Shown piece by piece: positions 40,241 through 49,961 of a stretch of 64,000 nt of DNA (positions are counted from its first letter, which is position 1; each line of letters starts with the position of its first letter). This DNA is from an uncultured bacterium (GTDB lineage: Bacteria > Chloroflexota > UBA5177 > JANWHV01). The DNA lies in assembly GCA_963827235.1 (NCBI GenBank), contig CAWHAE010000016.1:256001-320000 (forward strand). Direction: 5' to 3'. Made by a program: the position numbers and the translations under genes. Below the pieces are notes generated by a model. The model saw nothing but the letters and a program-made list of their open reading frames with translations, searched no databases and was not told the origin of the DNA.

Positions 40241-41944
40241 ATGCAGGAAAACGGCCATAAGGCGATCCTGAGGCAATTCGTGGCCGATGGAATGCGCTAC
40301 ATGTTCGGCAATCCCGGCACGGTGGAACAGGGCTTCTTGGATGCCCTGAGCGACATCCCGGAGATGCGCTATATACTCACGCTGCAGGAAAGCGTGGCGG
40401 TGATGGCGGCCGATGGCTACGCCAGAGCGACGCGCCGCCCCACGCTCGTGCAAATCCACAGCTCGCCCGGCCTGGGAAACGCTATCGGCGCCATCTATCA
40501 GGCGTATCGCGGCCACTCGCCCCTCGTGGTGATAGGCGGCGACGCCGGTATCAGGTACCAGCCTATGGACTCTCAGATGGCAGCGGACCTGGTCGGAATG
40601 GCAAAGCCGGTAACCAAATGGTCGGCCACCGTGCAGGACCCGCGATCGCTGCTCAGGCTCGTGCGCCGGGCAATCAAGATTGCAGCGACACCGCCAATGG
40701 GGCCGGTCTATCTGTGTCTGCCCCAGGATGTGCTCGACGTACCGGCCACCGAACCGGTGTTCCCCACCGGAATCCCCTCAGCGAGCGTCGCGCCTCCACC
40801 GGGCCAGCTCAAACAACCGGCGACCCTCCTGGCCCGAGCCGTGCGTCCCATGATCTACGTGGGTGATGGAATAGCCTACGCCGGTGCCCAGGACGAGCTG
40901 ACAAGGCTTGCCGAGCTGCTGGGTGCCGAGGTCTACGAGGCCGACGCTGGCGAAGTCAACATGAGCTACAGCCATCCACTCTATCAGGGCGCGACAGGCC
41001 ACATGTTCGGTTCCCAGAGCCTGCCGATCACTCGGAAAGGCGACGTCAATCTGATATGCGGCACGTACGTGCTGCCGGAGGTGTTCCCGGAGCTCGGCGA
41101 CATTTTCGCCCCGGGCTCTTCGACCATCCACATCGACCTCAATGCCTACGAGATCGCCAAGAACCATCGCGTCGATTTCGGTTTCGTCGCCGATCCCAAG
41201 CTCACGCTTGCCCTGCTGGCCGACGCGGTCGAGGAGGTCATGACTCCCAAAATGAGAGCCGCGGCCATCGAGCGCACGGAACGGCTTGCGGCAGAGAAAG
41301 CCGAGCGTCTCAGGAAGGCGTCAGCTGTTGATGCGGCTCGCCGCGACGACGTGCCGATGCAGATGGCTCGCTTCGTCGAGGAGCTCAGGCCCGCTCTGCC
41401 GGACGGCACAGTGCTCTTCGACGAGGCGCTGACCAATAGTCCGCCGATCAGCCGCTACTTTCAGCCGCTGCGAAGCGGGCAGTACTTCATCACGCGAGGA
41501 GGCTCGTTGGGTGTGGGATTCCCGGGAGCGATCGGCGTCAAGCTGGCCAATCCGCGGCAGACAGTCATTGGCTTCAGTGGCGACGGCGGCGCCATGTACA
41601 CCATCCAGGCGATCTGGACCGCGGCGCGCCACGACGTTGATGTCAAGTTCGTGGTGTGCAACAACCGTTCCTATCGCCTGCTCCAACTCAACGTCCAGGC
41701 GTATTGGAAAGAGCTCGGCAGCGAGCTGCATGCCTTCCCGTTGAGCTTCGATCTCTCGAAGCCCGACCTCCGTTTCGACGAGATGGCGCGGGCCATGGGC
41801 GCACGAGGCGTGCGAGTGGAAAAGCCAGGGGAGATCGCGCCGGCCATCAAGCAGATGCTGGCATCGCCGGGACCGTTCCTGATTGACCTGGTGCTGGAGG
41901 GTGACACGCATCCCGAGCTGATCGGAGTGACGTGCGGGCAATGA
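40241..41944 (+). CDS. Thiamine-diphosphate enzyme, benzoylformate decarboxylase-like
   Basis: FGNPGTVE, QESVAVMAADGYA, ThDP motif GDGGAMY...CNNRSY. Confidence 0.92.
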   Translation: MQENGHKAILRQFVADGMRYMFGNPGTVEQGFLDALSDIPEMRYILTLQESVAVMAADGYARATRRPTLVQIHSSPGLGNAIGAIYQAYRGHSPLVVIGGDAGIRYQPMDSQMAADLVGMAKPVTKWSATVQDPRSLLRLVRRAIKIAATPPMGPVYLCLPQDVLDVPATEPVFPTGIPSASVAPPPGQLKQPATLLARAVRPMIYVGDGIAYAGAQDELTRLAELLGAEVYEADAGEVNMSYSHPLYQGATGHMFGSQSLPITRKGDVNLICGTYVLPEVFPELGDIFAPGSSTIHIDLNAYEIAKNHRVDFGFVADPKLTLALLADAVEEVMTPKMRAAAIERTERLAAEKAERLRKASAVDAARRDDVPMQMARFVEELRPALPDGTVLFDEALTNSPPISRYFQPLRSGQYFITRGGSLGVGFPGAIGVKLANPRQTVIGFSGDGGAMYTIQAIWTAARHDVDVKFVVCNNRSYRLLQLNVQAYWKELGSELHAFPLSFDLSKPDLRFDEMARAMGARGVRVEKPGEIAPAIKQMLASPGPFLIDLVLEGDTHPELIGVTCGQ

Positions 41945-41993
41945 CTCCGGAGAGGCGCTTCGCACGGGGCTCGGGTACCCGGCATGGAGTGAG

Positions 41994-42587
41994 ATGAGCC
42001 ATGAGAAGAGGAAGCCTATGAATCTGGCAGGCGCGAAAGTCGGCGTGCTCATGGAGGGTGACTTCTACGAGAACGAGATCTTCTATTACCAGCATCGCTT
42101 TCCCGAGGAAGGGATGGACCTGCACTTCCTGACACGGCTGTGGGGCCAGCCGTCGCTGACCTTCCACGGGCACGAGTACAGAGTGCCGTTCGAGTGCGGC
42201 GAGAGCTTCGAGGACCTGGACGACCAAGCCCTGCGCAGCTTCGCGGCAATCATCGTGCCGGCAGGCATCGTCGCCGACCGCCTTCGCTATACCGAGGACA
42301 TCCACAAGCTGCCCCCGGCCGTTGAGTTCCTCAAGCGGGCCTTTGCCGAGCCAAGCGTCGTCAAGGGAATCATCTGTCACGGCATGTGGCTGGTGGCTCC
42401 CGTCCCCGAGCTGGTGCGCGGCCGGCGCGTCGTGGTGCACAACAACCTGATCGGGGACGCCCGCAACATGGGCGCCGTGTTTACCGACGAAGACGTCGTG
42501 GTCGACGGCGATCTGGTGACGGCGAGGACCGGTGGGCACTGCCACCAGTTCGCGCGCACGATTATCGACCTGCTGGCCGCCAGATAA
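41994..42587 (+). CDS. DJ-1/PfpI family protein
   Basis: DFYENE, GIICHG, VVVDGDLVTAR. Start may be ATG at 42018. Confidence 0.9.
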   Translation: MSHEKRKPMNLAGAKVGVLMEGDFYENEIFYYQHRFPEEGMDLHFLTRLWGQPSLTFHGHEYRVPFECGESFEDLDDQALRSFAAIIVPAGIVADRLRYTEDIHKLPPAVEFLKRAFAEPSVVKGIICHGMWLVAPVPELVRGRRVVVHNNLIGDARNMGAVFTDEDVVVDGDLVTARTGGHCHQFARTIIDLLAAR

Positions 42588-42610
42588 GAACAGTGTAGAA
42601 AGAGAGCGAC

Positions 42611-43057
42611 ATGGCTGAGCCCATCACCACGGATCAGATCAAGAAGTTCGTCGCCGCGTGGTTCCTGGCACTCGATCAGCACGACCCAATCGATCACTGC
42701 TATCCGCTGCTTGCCGACGAGGACCTCAACATGCAGTTCCCCGACGGTGACATCCGCGACCACCCCAGCTTCAAGGTCTGGTACGACCGGGTTACCAACC
42801 TCTTCTTCGACGAACAGCACATCGTGCAGACCGTGGACGCAGAGATCAAGGGCGAGGCGGCCAATCTGCGAGTGGTCGTCGGCTGGCAGGCCAGCTGGTG
42901 GGAGGCTCCGGCGGCAAAGAGCAAGCGCGTGTCGATGGACGCGACACAGGTCTGGACCGTGCGCCGCTCCGCCAAGAATCAGTACGGACTGGAGATCGTC
43001 GCCTACAACGCGACGGCCGAGCCGTTCAAGTACGCACCTGGGTTCGCGCGCCTGTAG
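42611..43057 (+). CDS. NTF2/SnoaL-like protein
   Basis: N-terminal helix FVAAWFLALD, LLADEDLNMQFP, then a beta-meander. Confidence 0.75.
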   Translation: MAEPITTDQIKKFVAAWFLALDQHDPIDHCYPLLADEDLNMQFPDGDIRDHPSFKVWYDRVTNLFFDEQHIVQTVDAEIKGEAANLRVVVGWQASWWEAPAAKSKRVSMDATQVWTVRRSAKNQYGLEIVAYNATAEPFKYAPGFARL

Positions 43058-43097
43058 GCACACGCACTCTCGATAGAAAGGAGAGGCTTGGTAATCG

Positions 43098-43490
43098 ATG
43101 AAGAACGTGCCTGACACGGCTCTGGGCCGGATGTACCGCGAGCACATCCAGCACATTCTGGACAAGAACATCGATGCCCTGCTCGACCAGTACACGGACG
43201 ATGCCGTGCTGATAAGCAGCTTCGTTCGCAAACCGCTGATCTACAAGGGCCGCGCGGAGATACGAGAGCACATGCAGGGCATCCTCGGCATTCAGGGCCT
43301 GGACTCCGACATCGCCTTCTGGGCGGAAACCGAAGACCCACAGACTCTGATGATCGTCGAGGCGATCACTATGCAGACGGCCGACGGCGAAGCCCAGATG
43401 CGCTTCGCCGACAGTTGGGTTCTGCGCGAGGGACGAATCGCAGTTCACTTTGCCGGCATGACCCAGTATCCGGACGGCTCGGTGGCATAG
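43098..43490 (+). CDS. NTF2/SnoaL-like protein
   Basis: IDALLDQYTDDAVL, KGRAEIRE, DSWVLREGRI. Confidence 0.82.
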   Translation: MKNVPDTALGRMYREHIQHILDKNIDALLDQYTDDAVLISSFVRKPLIYKGRAEIREHMQGILGIQGLDSDIAFWAETEDPQTLMIVEAITMQTADGEAQMRFADSWVLREGRIAVHFAGMTQYPDGSVA

Positions 43491-43574
43491 ATCTGCCGGC
43501 CAGGGCATTTCCGCCCCAAGTGGCCGGCCCGCTCGCAAGGAAGTCTGCGAGAGTGCGCATATAAGGAGTGGATC

Positions 43575-45062
43575 GTGGCACCTGTCTCCCGGACCGTTCG
43601 TCCATGGGCTGCGTTCGCGCTTGCCGCCGTGGCGCAGCTCATGATCGTGCTCGACATCACGATCATCAATGTGGCGCTGCCATCTATCCAACGCGGCCTC
43701 AACTTCGCGCCGCAGGATCTGGCATGGGTGATCAACATCTACGTGTTAATGTTCGGCGGATTCCTGCTACTGGGTGGGCGGGCCGGAGATCTGTTCGGGC
43801 GCAGGCGCCTATTCATTGGGGGCATGGCGCTGTTCTCACTGGCCTCCCTGTTCGGGGGACTGTCGCAGAACGCAGGATGGCTAGTGGCCGGCCGTGCCGC
43901 ACAAGGCCTGGGCGGCGCCATGATCACGCCGGTCGCGCTGGCCATCGTGAGCAGCGTGTTTCCCGAGGGAGCGCAGCGCAACCAGGCCCTGGGTATCTTC
44001 GGCGCGCTCGGCGGGCTGGGTGGAGCACTGGGTGTGCTGCTCGGCGGCATCCTCACCACCTACGCCTGGCAGCTCGTGTTGTTCGTAAACGTGCCGATCG
44101 GCGCCGCCGTGATCTTGCTCAGCCCCGTCTATATCCCGGCAGACAAGGGCAGCGGCGCCACTGGCGGCTTCGACCTGCAAGGTGCGGTGTCGGCCACCGC
44201 TGGGCTATGCCTGTTGGTATTCGGCGTTGTCAAGTCGACCGATTTCGGCTGGGCTTCATGGCAGACCATTGGCTGCTTGGGTGGTGCCGCGGTGCTTCTG
44301 GTCGCCTTCGTGGCCATCGAGCAACGCGCACCGGCGCCCTTGCTCCGCCTGGGCATATTCCGCAACCAGTCGCTGGCGGTCGCCAACGTGTTGAGTCTCC
44401 TTACCGGGCTGGTGATATTCGCGATGTTCTACTTCCTGTCGCTGTACCAGCAGTGGATCATCGGCTACTCACCGCTCAAAACGGGATTCGCCTATATCCC
44501 GTTGGCCATGGGAATCATCGTGGCGGCGGGTATCTCCTCGGGCATGGTGACGCGCTTCGGATTCAAGTACATGATCGCCGTCGGCATGGCGCTGTCCACC
44601 GTCGGGCTAATCCTTTTCGTGAAGCTACCAGTGAACGGATCGTACGCCGCGAACCTGCTGCCAGGCATGCTGATCGTGGCCGTAGGGCTGGGCTTCATCT
44701 TCGTGCCGCTGCCAATCGCGGGCGTTGCCCACGTGGACAAAGAGGAGCTCGGCATGGCGTCCGGACTGATCAATGCGACGCAGCAGATCGGCGGCGCGAT
44801 CGGCTTGGCAGTGCTGATGACAATCTGCACGAACCGTTACAACGACTTGATGTCACCCTATCTGAATTCAGCCAAGGGTCTCAGTACAGCGCAGTTTGAC
44901 ATGAAGTACGGAGCACAGGTCTCGTCGGCGTACGTGAGCGGCTTCCATTACGCGTTCGCCGTGTCGGCCGTGGTGATGGTCGTAGGCGTAGCGCTGACCT
45001 TCGTGCTGTTGCCCGCCCACCGGCGAGCAGCGAGCGAGGTCGCGAGCGTGGCCACAGCGTAG
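43575..45062 (+). CDS. DHA2 (14-TM) MFS efflux transporter
   Basis: LDITIINVALPSI, GGRAGDLFGRRR, LFVNVPIG. Confidence 0.95.
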   Translation: MAPVSRTVRPWAAFALAAVAQLMIVLDITIINVALPSIQRGLNFAPQDLAWVINIYVLMFGGFLLLGGRAGDLFGRRRLFIGGMALFSLASLFGGLSQNAGWLVAGRAAQGLGGAMITPVALAIVSSVFPEGAQRNQALGIFGALGGLGGALGVLLGGILTTYAWQLVLFVNVPIGAAVILLSPVYIPADKGSGATGGFDLQGAVSATAGLCLLVFGVVKSTDFGWASWQTIGCLGGAAVLLVAFVAIEQRAPAPLLRLGIFRNQSLAVANVLSLLTGLVIFAMFYFLSLYQQWIIGYSPLKTGFAYIPLAMGIIVAAGISSGMVTRFGFKYMIAVGMALSTVGLILFVKLPVNGSYAANLLPGMLIVAVGLGFIFVPLPIAGVAHVDKEELGMASGLINATQQIGGAIGLAVLMTICTNRYNDLMSPYLNSAKGLSTAQFDMKYGAQVSSAYVSGFHYAFAVSAVVMVVGVALTFVLLPAHRRAASEVASVATA

Positions 45063-45145
45063 CGGGCGATTGCACCGCGCAGCTTAACCCTGGCAGGCGG
45101 CGCGGGGCCGCTTGCCGGTCAGTCGAGGAGGAACGAAAGAGACAG

Positions 45146-46006
45146 ATGTCCGCCATACACAACAAATACCTGGCCATGCGTTACTTCCAGGAGATTATGA
45201 CCGACGCCAATCTGGCCACGGTCTATGAAATACTGTCGCCTGAGTTTGTCTTTACGCTGCCGACGCATCCGCACCCCTACGTTGGCCCGGACGGCTTCAC
45301 CGAGCTGGTGACCATGCTGCACAGCTGCTTCCCCGACTTCCACATCGATGCCAAAGACATGATTGCATCCGGCGACACGGTGGTGACGCGCTGGCGCGGC
45401 GGCGGCACCCACCTGGGCGCCGCCATCAAGACCGTGGCGGGCGACGTCCCGGCCACCGGGCGTTCGTTCGAGATCGACGGCATGACCTGGCATCGCATGG
45501 AAGCAGGCAAAATCGTCGAGGCGATCGGGCACGAGGACACGGTTGGCATGTTCGCGCAGCTCGGCATCATTCCGAGCGGCATGAATGCCACCACTCCGGA
45601 GCAGAACCTCGCCATGTCCCACCGCTACTTCGAGGAAGTGATGAACCAGGGAAAGCTGAACGTCATAGAGGAGATCATGACGCACGACTTCCAGTTCATC
45701 ATTCCCACCCAGCCGGCCCCGATCACCGGCTTCGCGAACATGAGCGGATTCGTAACCTACCTCCGCGGCGCCTTCCCCGATATCACGTTCACAGTTGAGC
45801 GCGAGATCGCGGTCGATAACAAGGTTGCTTCTCGCTGGTCAATAACCGGTACTCACCTCGGCGAGTTTTTGGGCAAGGAGCCGTCTGGGAATTCGATCAA
45901 GGACTACGGCATCGACATCTTCACCTTTGAAAACGGCCGCATCAAGACCGTGCACGTCAATGAGAACGACTTCGGACTGTTCCAGCAGCTTGAGCCCAAG
46001 GCATGA
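45146..46006 (+). CDS. Tandem SnoaL-like ester cyclase domain protein
   Basis: Two copies of FPD...GTHLG...P(A/S)TG-like motif. Confidence 0.9.
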   Translation: MSAIHNKYLAMRYFQEIMTDANLATVYEILSPEFVFTLPTHPHPYVGPDGFTELVTMLHSCFPDFHIDAKDMIASGDTVVTRWRGGGTHLGAAIKTVAGDVPATGRSFEIDGMTWHRMEAGKIVEAIGHEDTVGMFAQLGIIPSGMNATTPEQNLAMSHRYFEEVMNQGKLNVIEEIMTHDFQFIIPTQPAPITGFANMSGFVTYLRGAFPDITFTVEREIAVDNKVASRWSITGTHLGEFLGKEPSGNSIKDYGIDIFTFENGRIKTVHVNENDFGLFQQLEPKA

Positions 46007-46064
46007 CCCAGGATGTCCTAGGCCTCCGGTCGATCCCGGACGGCACGAGTAGGGAGGAAGCAAC

Positions 46065-46985
46065 ATGTCGCTAGCAGAGAACCGGGCAATCACGTTGCGC
46101 ATGTTTGAGCTGGTCAACGCAGGCCAGTTCGAGGCGCTGGGCGAAGTGGTCGACACCAATTTCCTGGATCATGGCCCCGGCCAGGGCGGCGGCCTGGCCG
46201 GGCTGCAGCGCGGGCTGCACATGATGCATGCCGCCTTGCCCAACTTGCACTTCGGCGTCGACCAGGTGATCGCTGAAGGCGATGTGGTAGCCATACGTGG
46301 CAATCTGACGGCCACCTTCACCGGCGGGCCGTTCTGGGGTGTGCCGGCCACTGGAAAGAGCGCCAAGTGGCTGAGCTTCATGGTCATGAAGCTCAGCGGC
46401 GGCAAGATCGTCGAGCGATGGGTCAACGCGGACACCTGGGGCATGCTGCAGCAGGTGGGCGTGCTACCTCAGACGCCGATGGACGTGAAGCCGCTGCTGC
46501 AGGACGGCCCCGTCGCGCTGAACATCGTGACCGATGCCGGCGGCGAGCTGGTGGAGAGCAACAAACGCCTCACGCAGGAGCTGATCGATCGCGTGTGGAA
46601 TAAGCGCGACGTCGGCGCCGTGGACGAGCTCTTCGCGCCCAAGGGAGGATGCGCCAACGGGGACTTCGTCCTGCGTCCGGATGTGATCAAGATGTTCGGC
46701 GGTATGGTATTCGCCGCGTTCCCAGATTTCAGCGCCACAGTTGAGTTCATGCGGGGCGAGGGCAACACGGTGATTGCCCGTGTCGACGAAGGAGGGATGC
46801 ACACCGGGGAATTCATGGGAGTGCCGGCCACTCAAAAGACCGTGCGCTGGTCGGAAACGTTCTGTCTTGTCTTCGAAGACGGCAAGATCACTCGCGCCTG
46901 GCTACAACCCGACACGATGGGCATGATGCAGAAAATGAGCGCCTTCCATCCGTTGGTGCCCGCCGACGCCGCTAAGAACGGCTAA
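46065..46985 (+). CDS. Tandem SnoaL-like ester cyclase domain protein
   Basis: IAEGDVV...GVPATGK and FPDF...HTGEFMGVPATQK. Confidence 0.9.
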   Translation: MSLAENRAITLRMFELVNAGQFEALGEVVDTNFLDHGPGQGGGLAGLQRGLHMMHAALPNLHFGVDQVIAEGDVVAIRGNLTATFTGGPFWGVPATGKSAKWLSFMVMKLSGGKIVERWVNADTWGMLQQVGVLPQTPMDVKPLLQDGPVALNIVTDAGGELVESNKRLTQELIDRVWNKRDVGAVDELFAPKGGCANGDFVLRPDVIKMFGGMVFAAFPDFSATVEFMRGEGNTVIARVDEGGMHTGEFMGVPATQKTVRWSETFCLVFEDGKITRAWLQPDTMGMMQKMSAFHPLVPADAAKNG

Positions 46986-47000
46986 TTCTGTACGGAGAAG

Positions 47001-47438
47001 ATGAGGATGTCTACCGAAGCTGAGAATCTCGCGTTGTTCCGCCGATTCATCGACGAGTTCTTCAATAAGCGCAAATTCGAGCTGGCAGAGGAGCTCTTCC
47101 ACCCCGAGCATTACAGCCCAAGCCTGCCCTTGCTCCCGCCTGGGCCGGAAGGCATGAAGATCATCGCCGGCGTCGTGTGCGGCATCTTCACTGGATTCCA
47201 CCGCGAGCTGGAAGAGGTATTTGCCTCGGGCGATATGATCGCCGCTCGCTGGACCAACAGTGGCACGCACGACGGCGTCTACATGGGCGTGCCCCCCACG
47301 GGCAAGTTCGTCAAGTGGTGGGAGCTGGCCATGGTGCAGTTCAAGGAAGGCAAGATCGCGGTAGGGTGGTACCGACCCGATGAGGTCGGCCTGTTGAAGG
47401 AGCTGGCTCCTGAACGGCTCGAGTGGCTTCACATGTGA
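47001..47438 (+). CDS. SnoaL-like ester cyclase
   Basis: SGTHDGVYMGVPPTGK, FKEGKI. Confidence 0.9.
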   Translation: MRMSTEAENLALFRRFIDEFFNKRKFELAEELFHPEHYSPSLPLLPPGPEGMKIIAGVVCGIFTGFHRELEEVFASGDMIAARWTNSGTHDGVYMGVPPTGKFVKWWELAMVQFKEGKIAVGWYRPDEVGLLKELAPERLEWLHM

Positions 47439-47454
47439 TCGGAGGTCAACGAAC

Positions 47455-47772
47455 ATGAAGATTCTGGCGATCATCGACCTGGCGCCCGGCACGACGCCCG
47501 ACCAGATAGCTCCATTTCTCAAGGCGGAAGCGGCGCGCGCCTGGGAGCTGCACAAGGCCGGCATATTCCGCGACATGAACTTCTGCACCGATAGGCCGCG
47601 CGTGGTCAACACCCTCGAGTGCACCTGCCTGGAAGAGGCGGCGGAAGCCGTGAACTCGCTGCCGCTGACCAAAGCCGGCTACTTCACCTACCAGCTGATG
47701 CCGCTCGGCTACCCATCGTTCCTGGAGAATCTCTGGGTCGCGCATGAGTCGGGGGGTCGAGCAGGTGAGTAG
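47455..47772 (+). CDS. Muconolactone isomerase-like dimeric alpha+beta barrel protein
   Basis: [16 protein letters not shown]...SLPLTKAGY...LMPL; GGAGG RBS. Confidence 0.7.
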   Translation: MKILAIIDLAPGTTPDQIAPFLKAEAARAWELHKAGIFRDMNFCTDRPRVVNTLECTCLEEAAEAVNSLPLTKAGYFTYQLMPLGYPSFLENLWVAHESGGRAGE

Positions 47773-49292
47773 CGAACAACGTGCCGACTTCATCGTCGTA
47801 GGTGCAGGCGCGGCGGGCTGCGTGCTCGCCAACCGCCTGAGCGCGGACCCGGGAACGCGAGTGCTGCTCCTGGAAGCCGGACCGCCGGACAGCGAGCCGC
47901 GCATCCACAATCTGGACGGCTTCGTGCAGCTGTGGGGAACTGAGGTCGACTGGGCCTTCGCCACCGAGCCGCAACCCGGCTTGAACGGGCGGCAGAATCC
48001 TGCTCAATCAGGGCAAGGTCTACGGCGGCGGCAGCTCCATTCACGCCATGATGTACGTCCGCGGGAACCGCATCAATTTCGACCAGTGGAACGCCCAGGG
48101 AGCCGACGGCTGGTCCTACGACGACGTCTTGCCGTACTTCAAGAAGTCCGAGAACTACTCTGGTGGTGCGTCGGAATACCGGGGCGTCGGGGGCCCTCTC
48201 GACGTGAAGCCTTGCCCGGATCCCGTTGCCCGCTCCTTGACATTCCAGCAGGCCGCGGTACAACTGGGCTTCAGCGGTCCCGAGTGGGACTACAACGGGC
48301 CCCGCCAGGAGGACGGAGCCGGATACATTCAGTTCAACGTCGACGCCGAAGGCCGCCGCGCCAGCGCGGCCACGGCCTTCCTGCAGCCGGTACTGGCCCG
48401 GCCGAACCTGACGGTTGTGTCCGGTGCCCTCGCGACTAAGGTGATCTTCGACGGCACTCGCGCCGTCGGTGTGGAATACCTGAAAGGCGGCCAGACGTGC
48501 AAGGCAATGGCCTCCGCTGAGGTGATTCTCAGCGCCAGTGCCTTCCTGAGCCCCGCGCTCCTGATGCGCTCTGGCATCGGACCGGCGCAGCACCTGCGAG
48601 AGAAGGGCATCCCCGTGCTGGCAAATCTGCCCGGCGTAGGTCAGAACCTGCACGACCACCTGCAGATCTCCGTGATCTATAAATCGCGCGTGGCCCTGGG
48701 CGATCCCACGTTGCTGACCGGGAACGCGCTCTTCACGAAGACGCGCAAGGGCATGAAAGCGGCGCCACCCGACCTGCAGATTATCTACAGTCCGGGAGTT
48801 CCCAAGGCGCTCTCGGCTGCTATCCCAGTGCCGCGCCCGGCCAGCATCTTCGTGCCCATTCTGGTGCAGCCGTATAGCCGTGGAGAAGTCCGGCTGCACT
48901 CTGCCAATCCGGCTGAGGCGCCGCTGATCGATCCGCACTATCTGGAATGCCGGAGCGACCTCGACACGCTGGTGCAATCGGTCAAGCTCGTGCGCCAAAT
49001 TGCCGCCGCGCCGGCGTTTGCCGACCTCAACGACGGCGAGCTGGCGCCGGGCGCGGATGCCGACCTCGAGGATTACATCCGCGGCAGCGCTACGACAATC
49101 TGGCATCCCGTGGGCACATGCAAGATTGGCCGCGATGCCATGGCGGTCGTGGACCCCGATCTTCGCGTGTACGGAGTGACTGGTCTGCGCGTGGCCGACG
49201 CTTCGGTGATGCCGACGGTGCCCAGCGGTAACACGTTCGCCGGCTGCGTCATGATCGGCGAGAAGCTCGCCGATATGCTGATCGGGCAGTAA
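47765..49292 (+). pseudogene. GMC (choline dehydrogenase-like) FAD oxidoreductase with a +1 frameshift at about 47996 (probably a sequencing error)
   Basis: VGAGAAGC...LLEAG in one frame; [32 protein letters not shown] in the next. Deleting one A gives [14 protein letters not shown]. Confidence 0.9.
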
Positions 49293-49516
49293 GCCCAAAC
49301 TTCAACGGCTCTACATCGGTTCAGCCACGGACTCGGGCACCCGAGGCGCCGGTCTCGGGCGTCGAGAGTGCTGGCTCATTGAGGCCGGGACGCCCGCCGG
49401 GCGGAGCAGGCGAGAGCGTGCACCGCGAGGCGGGCGGCGCCGTCCAGGGATCGGCACGCTGCCCGTGGTTTCTCACAGGCAGCGTTCACGGGTAGATAGA
49501 GAGGTCGTGGAGACTG

Positions 49517-49930
49517 ATGACTGCATTCGCCCACGTTGGGTTGACATGCGACGACCCCGTCGCCATCGAGCGATTCTACACCAAGCACTTCGGCTTCCAG
49601 CGTGCGCGCGTAATCCCGCTGGGCGCCGAGCAGATCGTGTTCATCAAGTCCGGCAGTGTCTACCTTGAGCTCTTCCAGGCAAAGGAGCGGGCGCCCATCG
49701 GGCCGCCGGCCCAGGACGGCTATGGCTGGCCCGGCCTGCGGCATCTAGCCTTCTCCGTGGACGACGTGGATGCAAAGCTGGCCGAGCTCGGCGATGAGGT
49801 CAAGGTCACCCTCGGTCCGCTGGATTTTGGCGACTTCATTCCCGGCTGGCGGGGAGCATGGGTTGCCGATCCGGAAGGGAATATTATCGAGATCAGCCAG
49901 GGCTATCAGGACGACAGCACTCTGGCTTAG
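49517..49930 (+). CDS. VOC/glyoxalase family protein
   Basis: HVGL, FYTKHFGF, LELF, RHLAF, DPEGNIIE. Confidence 0.92.
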   Translation: MTAFAHVGLTCDDPVAIERFYTKHFGFQRARVIPLGAEQIVFIKSGSVYLELFQAKERAPIGPPAQDGYGWPGLRHLAFSVDDVDAKLAELGDEVKVTLGPLDFGDFIPGWRGAWVADPEGNIIEISQGYQDDSTLA

Positions 49931-49961
49931 GGCTGCGCGCCAGCGTTGAGGAAGGCCTACT

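Noticed and set aside
47990-48005. Programmed frameshifting in the GMC, epimerase or MMPL genes
   Set aside because: No slippery heptamer at these sites and no precedent I know of in these families; sequencing error is simpler.
49467-49495. SigB/SigF-type promoter GGTTT-N18-GGGTAG before the VOC gene, plus GGGTA boxes near 37484, 39245 and 41973
   Set aside because: The spacer is longer than typical and the other boxes lack a matching -35; expected by chance at this GC content.
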